DNA of 64,000 nt from an uncultured Ferruginibacter sp. (lineage in GTDB: Bacteria > Bacteroidota > Bacteroidia > Chitinophagales > Chitinophagaceae). Both the position numbers and the translations under genes were made by a program. The stretch's first letter is position 1. Each line of letters begins with the position of its first letter. Below the pieces are notes generated by a model. It was given only the letters and a program-made list of their open reading frames with translations, ran no database searches and was not told the DNA's origin. Below, in pieces: positions 19,391-27,846 of this stretch. The DNA lies in the NCBI GenBank assembly GCA_964439615.1, contig CAYTQB010000003.1, positions 21,453 through 85,452 of the forward strand, given 5' to 3'.

Positions 19391-20698
19391 ATGCTTACAA
19401 AAAGACTGCCTTTGCTGCTTGCAGCATTGCTATTGTGCCAATGGCTGCATGCCCAGTTCTTAATGGATATGGTAGATACCACCAAAGAAACAGGTAAAGG
19501 TCTATTGGCTGTATATAAAAAGTTCGATCACCTGCGTATCGGCGGGTATATTCAACCCCAGTTCCAGGTAGCTTCTGCAAAAGGGGCGAAAAATTTTGAG
19601 GGTGGCGATTTTGCTTCCCAGGTAAATAACCGTTTTATGTTGCGCAGGAGCAGGGTACGTATCGACTATATTCATTTTGGCAAAGACACAAAACCCGGTG
19701 TACAGATCGTTTTTCAGTTTGATGCCAATGAAAGGGGATTTACTGTAAGGGATGTATGGGGCAGGATCGTTGAAAATAAATTCAAACTCTTTTCTTTTAC
19801 CACCGGTATTTTTGCCAGGCCATTTGGTTATGAAATAAACCTGAGCAGCAGCGACCGGGAAAGCCCCGAACGTGGACGCATGAGCCAGTTGCATGCAAAG
19901 AGCGAGCGTGACCTGGGCGCCATGTTAAGCTTTGAAGTAAGGCAAAAATCAAATCCATTAAAAAATATCAGGATCGACCTTGCTGTATTCAATGGACAGG
20001 GCATTAATGCCACAGGCGAATTCGACAATACAAAGGATCTTGTAGGACGAATAATATTAAAGCCTGTTCCTATCAGCAAAACTATCCAGCTATCGGCTGG
20101 GGCTTCCTTTCTGCATGGTGGCCTACAGAATAATACCAAATACATTTATACAACAGAAGCCACCGGTGCTGTAAAAAGAGTAGTAGTTGATTCTGCCGCC
20201 AGTAATATTGGTACCACATCGCCCCGGCGCTATTATGGAGCCGATATGCAACTGAAATTCAATAATGGCCATAACCGAATTACCGAATTGAGGGCCGAAT
20301 TCATCACCGGCATACAAACCGGCACAGCCAATAACCCCGAAACACCTACCGCATTACTTACAGGAACCGATGGTTTTCACAAACGGCATTTCACCGGCGC
20401 TTATTTTTATTTACTGCAGCACCTTTTTTCAACCCAGCACCAGTTAATTATCAAATATGACTGGTATGACCCAAACAGTAAAGTAAAAGGCAACGAGATC
20501 GGGGCCCCGGGTTCTAATTTTACAGCTGCCAACATAAGATATAATACGCTTGGTTTAGGCTACCTGTATTATGTTACCGAAAACATCAAACTGGTTTTAT
20601 ACTATGCCCGGGTTTGGAATGAAAAAACATTACTCACCGGTTATACAACCGATGTAAAAGACAATGTTTTCACTTGCAGGCTGCAATACCGTTTCTGA
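19391..20698 (+). CDS. Phosphate-selective porin (OprO/OprP family)
   Basis: Signal peptide, RIGGYIQPQF, ESPERGRM, alternating beta strands, C-terminal LQYRF; phosphate-gene context. Confidence 0.75.
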   Translation: MLTKRLPLLLAALLLCQWLHAQFLMDMVDTTKETGKGLLAVYKKFDHLRIGGYIQPQFQVASAKGAKNFEGGDFASQVNNRFMLRRSRVRIDYIHFGKDTKPGVQIVFQFDANERGFTVRDVWGRIVENKFKLFSFTTGIFARPFGYEINLSSSDRESPERGRMSQLHAKSERDLGAMLSFEVRQKSNPLKNIRIDLAVFNGQGINATGEFDNTKDLVGRIILKPVPISKTIQLSAGASFLHGGLQNNTKYIYTTEATGAVKRVVVDSAASNIGTTSPRRYYGADMQLKFNNGHNRITELRAEFITGIQTGTANNPETPTALLTGTDGFHKRHFTGAYFYLLQHLFSTQHQLIIKYDWYDPNSKVKGNEIGAPGSNFTAANIRYNTLGLGYLYYVTENIKLVLYYARVWNEKTLLTGYTTDVKDNVFTCRLQYRF

Positions 20699-20711
20699 GT
20701 GCATATTCCGT

Positions 20712-20750
20712 TAACATATACGTAACATAGCAGTAACAATTACCTAACCT
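20712..20750 (+). promoter_or_regulatory. Pho-box-like array upstream of the TonB-dependent receptor
   Basis: TAACAT (20712), TAACAT (20723), TAACAA (20734), TAACCT (20745) at exact 11-bp period. Confidence 0.8.
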
Positions 20751-20805
20751 TACTTTCATCTTGACATAATACATAAGTAGTCTTTTTGCAGTAAATATTT
20801 ATTGC

Positions 20806-23586
20806 ATGAAACTGTTATCACTACTACTTGCTTTTATTACATTCTCTCTTGCAGCTATAGCCCAAAAAGGAAAGATCGAAGGAAAATTAACTGATGCCAG
20901 AACTGGCCTGCCATTAGCAGGTGTTTCGGTAATCATTAAAAACACCAATAAGGGAGTTGCATCGGACCAGGAAGGAAGATATGTGATCAATGCAGACGGA
21001 GGCTCAAAGGTCACTTTAGTTTTCTCTTATAACAATGTTTCTAAAGAAGTAGAAGATATTGAAGTTGCAAGCGGTAAAGTGGCAACTCAGGATGTTACAC
21101 TGGAAGTGAAAGCCAAAACAGCTGATGCCGTTGTTGTCCGCTCCTCCAGCAATGCCAGGAAAGAAACAGCAGCAGCTTTGATCAGCTACCAACGGAACAC
21201 TTCAGTAGTAGCACAGGTGATCAGTGCAGAAACGATCAAGCGTTCGCCTGATAAAAATACCGGTGAAGTTTTAAAAAGAGTTACCGGCACCAGTGTGCAG
21301 GAAGGAAAATATTTAGTAGTAAGGGGCCTTAGCGACCGTTACAATCAGGCCATGTTGAATGGAATAGCTTTGAGCAGTACCGAACCGGACAGGAAGACAT
21401 TCAGTTTTGACATTTTTCCTTCGACAATGATAGATAATATCATCATGAATAAAACCTTTATTCCCGAATTACCGGGCGAATGGGCGGGTGGTTTGGTTCA
21501 GGTACAAACAAAAGACATTCCCTCTTCTTCTTTCTTTAATATTCAGCTAGGCACGGGTTTTAACAGTAATACTATCGGCAAAAAATTTTTACAGGCTCCC
21601 GGTGATAAATTAGATTGGTTGGGTATTGATAACGGAGCAAGGGCTATTCCTTCTTCTTTGCCTTTAAAAACAGCATTCAGTGCCTTATCACCTGCAGAAA
21701 AAGCTGAATTAGGGAAAAACTTCCGGAATAACTGGGTAACCAAATCGGGAACTGCGCCTGTTAACTCTTCTTTCCAGATCAATGGCGGCGGTACTACAAA
21801 AATATTTGGTAAAAAGGTAGCCGGCATTTTCGCTCTAACGTATAATCAAAGCAATAAGCGCACTCCTTTTGATAATACATTCATAGCAAACAATGCCGGG
21901 GATGTGGAGTTACGGTACAACAACAATAAATTCAGCAGGGATGTGCTGGCGGGTGCACTTGCTAATGTAACCGTACAGTTAAACAATAACAACAAAATAT
22001 CTGTAAAGAACCTCATCAACATCAATACTTCTGATTTTGTGAATGACCGTTATGACGGAAGGGATTATATTTTAAGTGGTGGTGGCGCAGGTGACAGGAT
22101 AAGGGCAACAGAGATTGGATTCAGACAGAATACTTTTTTCAATACGCAGATCATTGGCGAACACAATATGCCAAAGATAGAAACAAGGGTTAAATGGTAT
22201 GGAGGTTTTAATATTCTTGATCAGTATATACCCGATCAGCGCCGATTATTTTATACCCAGGATGGCACTACGCCCAATGCTCCTTACTATGCTTTACTTG
22301 GCCTGGGAGCAGGTCAAAAAAGCGGCAGTATCTTTTACAGTTTCTTAAATGACTATATCTATAATGCAGGCGGTGATGTTACCAAATCATTTAACCTGAA
22401 AGGTAAAAAACACAGTGTAAAAGCCGGTTATCTTTTCCAGGTAAAAGACAGGTTGTTTGACAGCCGTCCATTTTACACCAATACCGCCAGCAATGCGTTA
22501 AAATTATTGTCGGCTGATCAATTATATGCTCCTGAAAATTTTGGTATTGGAAATGACAAAGTACAGTTTGATGAAATTAACGGAAATGCTTACCGATATG
22601 TGGCAAATACCATTTTAAATGCTGTTTACCTTCAGTTTGATAACCCCATTGGAAATAGACTTCGTTTGGTGTGGGGTGTAAGATTCGAGAGTTTTGACCA
22701 GCTGGTAGGTAGTGTACAAAAGAGCGACCCAAGGCATGTAAACACATTGGTAAAAGATTTTTTGCCCGGCCTGAATCTTACTTACAGGTTAAATACAAAA
22801 ACAAATTTCCGTTTTGCAGCTAGTCAAACTGTTATCCGGCCTGAGTTCAGGGAATTAAGCCCGTTTGCATTTTATGATTTTGAACTGGGAGCACAGGTAG
22901 TGGGTAACAGAACTGCACAACGTACAAAAGTTTCAAACTTTGACCTGCGTTATGAACTTTATCCACGGGCAGGGGAATTAATTACTGTGGGCGCTTACTT
23001 TAAACATTTTGACAAACCTATTGAGTATTATTTTAACCGAACAGGTCCAGGTACCAATACCTTCAACATTTTAAATACAAAAAATGCAACTGCATTTGGT
23101 GGCGAACTGGAATTCAGGAAAAAACTGGATTTTGTAAACGCACTTAAGAATTTCACATTAAGCGGAAACATGAGTTACATCTACAGCCGTGTTAAAGATA
23201 CTACCGGAACAGTCGATCGTCCGTTGCAGGGCCAAAGTCCCTACCTCATTAACTTCGGAATTCAGTATGATATTGAAAAGATCGGATTCAGCAGTACCCT
23301 GTTATTTAACCAGATCGGCCGTCGCATCTTGTTTGTAGGTAATGAAGCCATATCAGATATATGGGAAGCACCAAGGCCATTACTGGATTTACAGCTTTCT
23401 AAAAAAATATTTGGTAAAAAGGGAGAGGTGAAGCTGAACATCAGCGATATCATAAACAGGAAAGCTAATTTTTATCACGACCTGGATGACAATAAAAAAT
23501 ACAGCAGTTCTTCCAAAGATGTGTTGGCTATCACCAGGAATTATGGCACCAACTATACAATAACATTTGCTTACAGTATCAAATAA
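20806..23586 (+). CDS. TonB-dependent receptor with N-terminal carboxypeptidase-regulatory-like domain
   Basis: Signal peptide; G.PLAGVSV N-domain; plug motif VVRGLSDRYNQAMLNG; barrel strands; GRPLQGQSPY-type motif. Confidence 0.92.
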   Translation: MKLLSLLLAFITFSLAAIAQKGKIEGKLTDARTGLPLAGVSVIIKNTNKGVASDQEGRYVINADGGSKVTLVFSYNNVSKEVEDIEVASGKVATQDVTLEVKAKTADAVVVRSSSNARKETAAALISYQRNTSVVAQVISAETIKRSPDKNTGEVLKRVTGTSVQEGKYLVVRGLSDRYNQAMLNGIALSSTEPDRKTFSFDIFPSTMIDNIIMNKTFIPELPGEWAGGLVQVQTKDIPSSSFFNIQLGTGFNSNTIGKKFLQAPGDKLDWLGIDNGARAIPSSLPLKTAFSALSPAEKAELGKNFRNNWVTKSGTAPVNSSFQINGGGTTKIFGKKVAGIFALTYNQSNKRTPFDNTFIANNAGDVELRYNNNKFSRDVLAGALANVTVQLNNNNKISVKNLININTSDFVNDRYDGRDYILSGGGAGDRIRATEIGFRQNTFFNTQIIGEHNMPKIETRVKWYGGFNILDQYIPDQRRLFYTQDGTTPNAPYYALLGLGAGQKSGSIFYSFLNDYIYNAGGDVTKSFNLKGKKHSVKAGYLFQVKDRLFDSRPFYTNTASNALKLLSADQLYAPENFGIGNDKVQFDEINGNAYRYVANTILNAVYLQFDNPIGNRLRLVWGVRFESFDQLVGSVQKSDPRHVNTLVKDFLPGLNLTYRLNTKTNFRFAASQTVIRPEFRELSPFAFYDFELGAQVVGNRTAQRTKVSNFDLRYELYPRAGELITVGAYFKHFDKPIEYYFNRTGPGTNTFNILNTKNATAFGGELEFRKKLDFVNALKNFTLSGNMSYIYSRVKDTTGTVDRPLQGQSPYLINFGIQYDIEKIGFSSTLLFNQIGRRILFVGNEAISDIWEAPRPLLDLQLSKKIFGKKGEVKLNISDIINRKANFYHDLDDNKKYSSSSKDVLAITRNYGTNYTITFAYSIK

Positions 23587-23612
23587 ATAAAAAACACTTA
23601 AAAAAAATAAAC

Positions 23613-25022
23613 ATGAAAAAGTTATTCATTGCAGCCGCCTTCTTAGGTTTAATAACCGCGGGTTGCCGTAAAATTGAAGTTGACGGCACTACAACAACTG
23701 TTGTATCGGGTGGCAACACTGGTGGTACCCCTACAGAAAATGTGATCCTGGAAGGAAGGATCATTGAAAACCGTACACTAAAAGCACAGTTCACTTACAA
23801 ACTCCGTGGTTTGGTGTATGTAACCAATGGCGCTGTTCTTGCTATTGAGCCAGGAACTAAAATAGTTGGCGAAACCGGTAAAAATGGTGGCTTGATCATT
23901 TGCCGAAGTGCAAAAATTGTTGCTGATGGTACAGTAGATAAACCTATTGTATTTACTTCTGAATCTGCTACTCCTGCACCAGGTGATTGGGCAGGGCTGG
24001 TGATACTGGGCAACGCCCCCACAAATGCAACTTTTAACGGCCAGACAGGTATTGGTGAGATTGAGGGTGGAATAAATAACAGTGATGGGTTGGGTTTGTA
24101 TGGCCTCGGGGCAAGCAGCAACCCTGCTGATAACAGCGGTATATTGAGATACGTTCGTATTGAATATGCCGGTTATGCTTTTTTACCCGATAAAGAAATT
24201 AATGGATTAACATTGGGTGGTGTTGGTAACAAAACCATTATTGATTATGTAGAAGTTTACCATGCCAATGATGATAGTTTTGAATGGTTTGGCGGAACAG
24301 TAAATTGCTCACACCTTATTGCATACAAAGGTCTGGATGATGACTGGGATGTAGATAATGGTTTCTCCGGTAAAGTACAATTTGGCATCAGTCTGAGAGA
24401 CAGTTCTGTTGCAGATATTAGTGGGAGTAATGGATTTGAAGTTGATAATGATGCAAGCGGAAGTAATACAGCCCCGCAAACCAGCGCTGTATTCAGTAAT
24501 ATGACAGTTATTGGCCCCAGAGCTACTTTGACAAATGCAGGCAACAGTAATTTTAAAAGAGGCATGCACCTTCGCCGTAACAGTTCTATCAGTATTTTTA
24601 ATTCAATTATTATGGGGTGGCCGGTAGGCCTACTGGTAGATGCTTCTACAGGGCGGCCAACTGATCTGAACATATCAGGCGGGACCATGGTACTGGCTAA
24701 TAATATCCTTGCATCTAACAACACTCCCTTTTCTTACACAGCAAGTGCAAGCGCTCCTACCGGCTGGACAACAACAGACCTGGCCAGTTTCTTTAACCAA
24801 CCAGCTAACAACAACAGTGTGCTTGCAACCAACAATGATGTAGCATTAGGTGCACCATTCAAATATGACAATACGGTTGATTTTAACCCGGCTGCCTCAT
24901 CGCCGGCTTTAACAGGAGCAGCTTTCTCCAATGCAAAACTAACAGGTTTTACCTCAGTGACCTACCGTGGTGCAACTAACATTAGCGATGCCTGGTGGAA
25001 AGGATGGACAAAATTCAATTGA
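23613..25022 (+). CDS. Uncharacterised lipoprotein, predicted parallel beta-helix
   Basis: Lipobox ITAG-C; SGILRYVRIEYAG, DDSFEWFGGTVN, DDDWDVDNG and NGFEVDN motifs; not SusD-like. Confidence 0.8.
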   Translation: MKKLFIAAAFLGLITAGCRKIEVDGTTTTVVSGGNTGGTPTENVILEGRIIENRTLKAQFTYKLRGLVYVTNGAVLAIEPGTKIVGETGKNGGLIICRSAKIVADGTVDKPIVFTSESATPAPGDWAGLVILGNAPTNATFNGQTGIGEIEGGINNSDGLGLYGLGASSNPADNSGILRYVRIEYAGYAFLPDKEINGLTLGGVGNKTIIDYVEVYHANDDSFEWFGGTVNCSHLIAYKGLDDDWDVDNGFSGKVQFGISLRDSSVADISGSNGFEVDNDASGSNTAPQTSAVFSNMTVIGPRATLTNAGNSNFKRGMHLRRNSSISIFNSIIMGWPVGLLVDASTGRPTDLNISGGTMVLANNILASNNTPFSYTASASAPTGWTTTDLASFFNQPANNNSVLATNNDVALGAPFKYDNTVDFNPAASSPALTGAAFSNAKLTGFTSVTYRGATNISDAWWKGWTKFN

Positions 25023-25046
25023 TAAAAAAATCTTAAGCAAATAGCG

Positions 25047-25070
25047 ATCCTGAACGCAGTTGAAGGACTC
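25047..25070. repeat. Degenerate REP-like palindrome (CCTGAACGCAGTTGAAGG)
   Basis: Resembles the GAGCGAAGTCGA hairpins at 34179-34227. Confidence 0.45.
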
Positions 25071-25078
25071 ATGCTTGA

Positions 25079-25112
25079 GCCGGCTTTATTCTTATTGCCG
25101 GCCTTTTTATTT
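25079..25112 (+). terminator. Intrinsic terminator after the lipoprotein gene
   Basis: GCCGGC-N12-GCCGGC stem followed by CTTTTTATTTCTTT. Confidence 0.65.
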
Positions 25113-25119
25113 CTTTCCA

Positions 25120-25147
25120 GTATTAAGTTAATGTTACCAAATTGTTA
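25120..25147 (-). promoter_or_regulatory. Pho-box-like array in reverse orientation
   Basis: Minus strand TAACAA (25147), TAACAT (25136), TAATAC (25125) at 11-bp period. Confidence 0.55.
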
Positions 25148-25232
25148 CTGTGCACATTTAAATCACATTTTTTTTAACAGATGATAATTCCGGGCATTTG
25201 AAATTACATTCACATCATCAAAATCATTTTCT

Positions 25233-25718
25233 ATGAAATGGGTTAGCGTAAATACAGGTACTGCCGATGAGACTTTCGAATTATGGAACAGCGAGAAAAA
25301 ACTGGCTGATATATCTTTCAGTAACCGCACCAGGTTTGCAAGGATTGTAAGCAGCCTCGGCAAGAGAATTTTCTCCTTCGAAAAAAAAGGATTCCTGCTC
25401 TCCAAAGAAATTGTAAAGAACGAGTATGGTATAAAGATGGGTGAAGTAGAAGAATCGAGACCCGGTTCTGGTAAAGGCCAGGTAATGCTCGATGGAAAGA
25501 AATATCTCTTTGTTTACAACGAAAATAATTCCGGTGAACTGGTACTGTATGATGAGCTGATGCAAAAAAGCCTGCTCACCTGCAGTTTCAATATGGTGAA
25601 CAAAGGGCTGATGAAAACAAAGTCCTTATTCGATAATAAATTCGCCAGCCTCTTACTGATACTTTGCTGGTACACATTTCAGCCGCATTCCGCTTCGGCA
25701 GCAAAAGTGGTTTCCTGA
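25233..25718 (+). CDS. Hypothetical protein (beta-rich, 161 aa)
   Basis: Fills the gap between the lipoprotein and the kinase; no recognised motif. Confidence 0.7.
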   Translation: MKWVSVNTGTADETFELWNSEKKLADISFSNRTRFARIVSSLGKRIFSFEKKGFLLSKEIVKNEYGIKMGEVEESRPGSGKGQVMLDGKKYLFVYNENNSGELVLYDELMQKSLLTCSFNMVNKGLMKTKSLFDNKFASLLLILCWYTFQPHSASAAKVVS

Positions 25719-25850
25719 TTTCTTTTTCATCCTGCAGCAACTCTTCCCTACAACCCCATTGCAAGGTCCAGGGAAGTTTGTACCTAGAAGCCTATAAACA
25801 AATCCTTACGCCAGTGTTTTGTGCGTGTTAAGCGAAAGCAATAAGGCATA

Positions 25851-26900
25851 TCAATCTTTCCTGGTTTGTAACGTAAATCCAAACGTACTCCCCACATCTG
25901 TCTTGCTTCGTACATGAATGGTTTGCCCGTGTGCCTCAATAATGTGTTTGCAGATAGATAAACCCAGGCCGCTGCCGCCCACTTTCCGGCTCCTTGCCAG
26001 GTCGGTACGGTAGAACCGTTCAAATATGCGGTGCAGGTGCTCTTCAGAAATGCCGGAACCATCGTCACTTATCTCAATTAATATTCTTGCCCCGTCAACT
26101 TTATAGAAACTGGATTCAATGATACCATGCTGTTTTCCGTATTTAATGGCGTTATCCACCAGGTTAATAAATACCTGACGTATCTTTTCTTTATCTGCAA
26201 AAACGGTCAATGGTAATTCGCAACCTTTTTTAATGATGCACCTGATCTGTTTTTCATCTGCTTTCATCGCTAAGGATTCATACACTTCTTTCAGCAGGTC
26301 CTGTATAACAAAACTGTCTTTTAATAAAAGTTGTTCCCCGCTTTCTAATTTTGAGATGGCATCCAGGTCATCTACTAGGTTCACCAGCCGGTCAATATTG
26401 CGGGAAGTACTCTGCAGGAATTTTTTATTCACTTCAGGATTATCCAATGCACCGTTGATGAGCGTATCCACATAACCCTGTATGGCAAAGATGGGTGTCT
26501 TCAGTTCGTGGCTCAGGTTCTGCAAAAATTCTTTGCGGTAGGCTTCATTCTGCTGCAACATCTCTATCTCTGCCTTGCGTTGCCGGGCCCAGCTTTCCAC
26601 ATCATCCCTTACTTCATCAATACTTTTTTGCGGTAGAATATTTTTATAATAAAATTCTTCTTTCTTGCTTGCCTTGGTCTGGTAAATGAATTTGTAGATG
26701 AGTTTTATTTTACGGTAAATGAAATTCTGCAGCGTGTATAATATCAACCCGTAAGAACCAAGGAAGATGACAACAAATGATGAAAGGGCTATCCACCATA
26801 CCGGCTTAAATATATATATACCCAGTGCAATAGGAATGGCCAGCGCTAATGCGGTTAAACCCGATAATTGCTGTGGTGAAATGTTTTTTGAAGATGGCAT
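25851..26900 (-). CDS. phoR: Sensor histidine kinase, PhoR-like
   Basis: Two N-terminal TMs, FLQNLSHELKTP H-box, NLVDNAIKY, DDGSGI, FERFYR and GSGLGLSI motifs; phosphate context. Confidence 0.85.
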   Translation of the reverse strand: MPSSKNISPQQLSGLTALALAIPIALGIYIFKPVWWIALSSFVVIFLGSYGLILYTLQNFIYRKIKLIYKFIYQTKASKKEEFYYKNILPQKSIDEVRDDVESWARQRKAEIEMLQQNEAYRKEFLQNLSHELKTPIFAIQGYVDTLINGALDNPEVNKKFLQSTSRNIDRLVNLVDDLDAISKLESGEQLLLKDSFVIQDLLKEVYESLAMKADEKQIRCIIKKGCELPLTVFADKEKIRQVFINLVDNAIKYGKQHGIIESSFYKVDGARILIEISDDGSGISEEHLHRIFERFYRTDLARSRKVGGSGLGLSICKHIIEAHGQTIHVRSKTDVGSTFGFTLQTRKD

Positions 26901-26904
26901 GGTT

Positions 26905-26989
26905 GGTCATTACTCATTAGTCACTTGTCATTTCTGTCGATAGTAAAGTTACTGGCAAAAAATGACTCAATGACCAATGACTAATGATC
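26905..26989. repeat. Inverted array of 7-nt units (AGTCATT x4 / AATGACT x4)
   Basis: Left ggtcatt-actcatt-agtcact-tgtcatt; right aatgact-c-aatgacc-aatgact-aatgatc. Confidence 0.8.
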
Positions 26990-26994
26990 GATTT

Positions 26995-27678
26995 TTATAT
27001 TTGGAACTTATACCCCACTCCTTTCACCGTCGTGATACAATCGAGATTGAGCTTCTGCCTTATCTTACGGATATGTACATCAATGGTGCGGTCTCCCACA
27101 ATCACTTCAGTTCCCCAAACCTGGTTCAATATTTCGTTGCGGAGAAAAACTTTACCCGGTTTACCTGCCAGCAACGCCAGCAATTCAAATTCCTTACGGG
27201 CCAGGATGATATTATTACCCAGGTAATTGATGATGTATTTTTCCCGGTCAATTTTCAGGTCGCCTATCTGCAGCAAGCCGGTATCTTCTTTATTGATACG
27301 CCTGAACAGGGCGTTCACCTTACTCACCAAAACCTTAGGGCTTACCGGTTTGGTTAGATAATCATCAGCCCCTGTCTCCAGCCCCTTCACCTCACTTCCT
27401 TCGTCGCTCAATGCGGTAAGGAATATGATGAGTGTATCATTGAATGCAGGTTGCAGGCGAAGGATATTACATACTTCAATCCCATTCTTGCCGGGCATCA
27501 TAATATCGAGAATGATCAGGTCGGGTTGGAATTTTTTCGCCATGTCAATGGCTTCATTACCATTCTTTGCGGTAACCACTTCATATCCTTCATTCCGCAG
27601 GTTGTATTGGATGATTTCAAGGATATCCGGTTCGTCGTCGGCAATTAATATTTTTTTAACAGTATTTGCTGTCCCCAT
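26995..27678 (-). CDS. phoB: OmpR/PhoB-family response regulator (likely start ATG 27678)
   Basis: ADDE, LDIMMP, GADDYLTKP receiver; RTIDVHIRKIR...TVKGVGY winged helix. TATTTTTG -7 at 27685-27692 covers the ORF-track TTG start. Confidence 0.85.
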   Translation of the reverse strand: MGTANTVKKILIADDEPDILEIIQYNLRNEGYEVVTAKNGNEAIDMAKKFQPDLIILDIMMPGKNGIEVCNILRLQPAFNDTLIIFLTALSDEGSEVKGLETGADDYLTKPVSPKVLVSKVNALFRRINKEDTGLLQIGDLKIDREKYIINYLGNNIILARKEFELLALLAGKPGKVFLRNEILNQVWGTEVIVGDRTIDVHIRKIRQKLNLDCITTVKGVGYKFQI

Positions 27679-27722
27679 ACAATGCAAAAATAGTCTTTAC
27701 CGTTAATTAGGAACCCGGTTTG

Positions 27723-27750
27723 CTGTTCGTTTTGTATTATCAAATTGTTA
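27723..27750 (-). promoter_or_regulatory. Pho-box-like array upstream of the response regulator
   Basis: Minus strand TAACAA (27750), TAATAC (27739), GAACAG (27728) at 11-bp period. Confidence 0.6.
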
Positions 27751-27846
27751 AGGCAATACAGCATATCCGCAGCCATTTTCATCTTAATCCCAAATGAATA
27801 TGCAGGCCATCATGTATTTTTAGCATCTTTGCAGTTGAACAGGACT

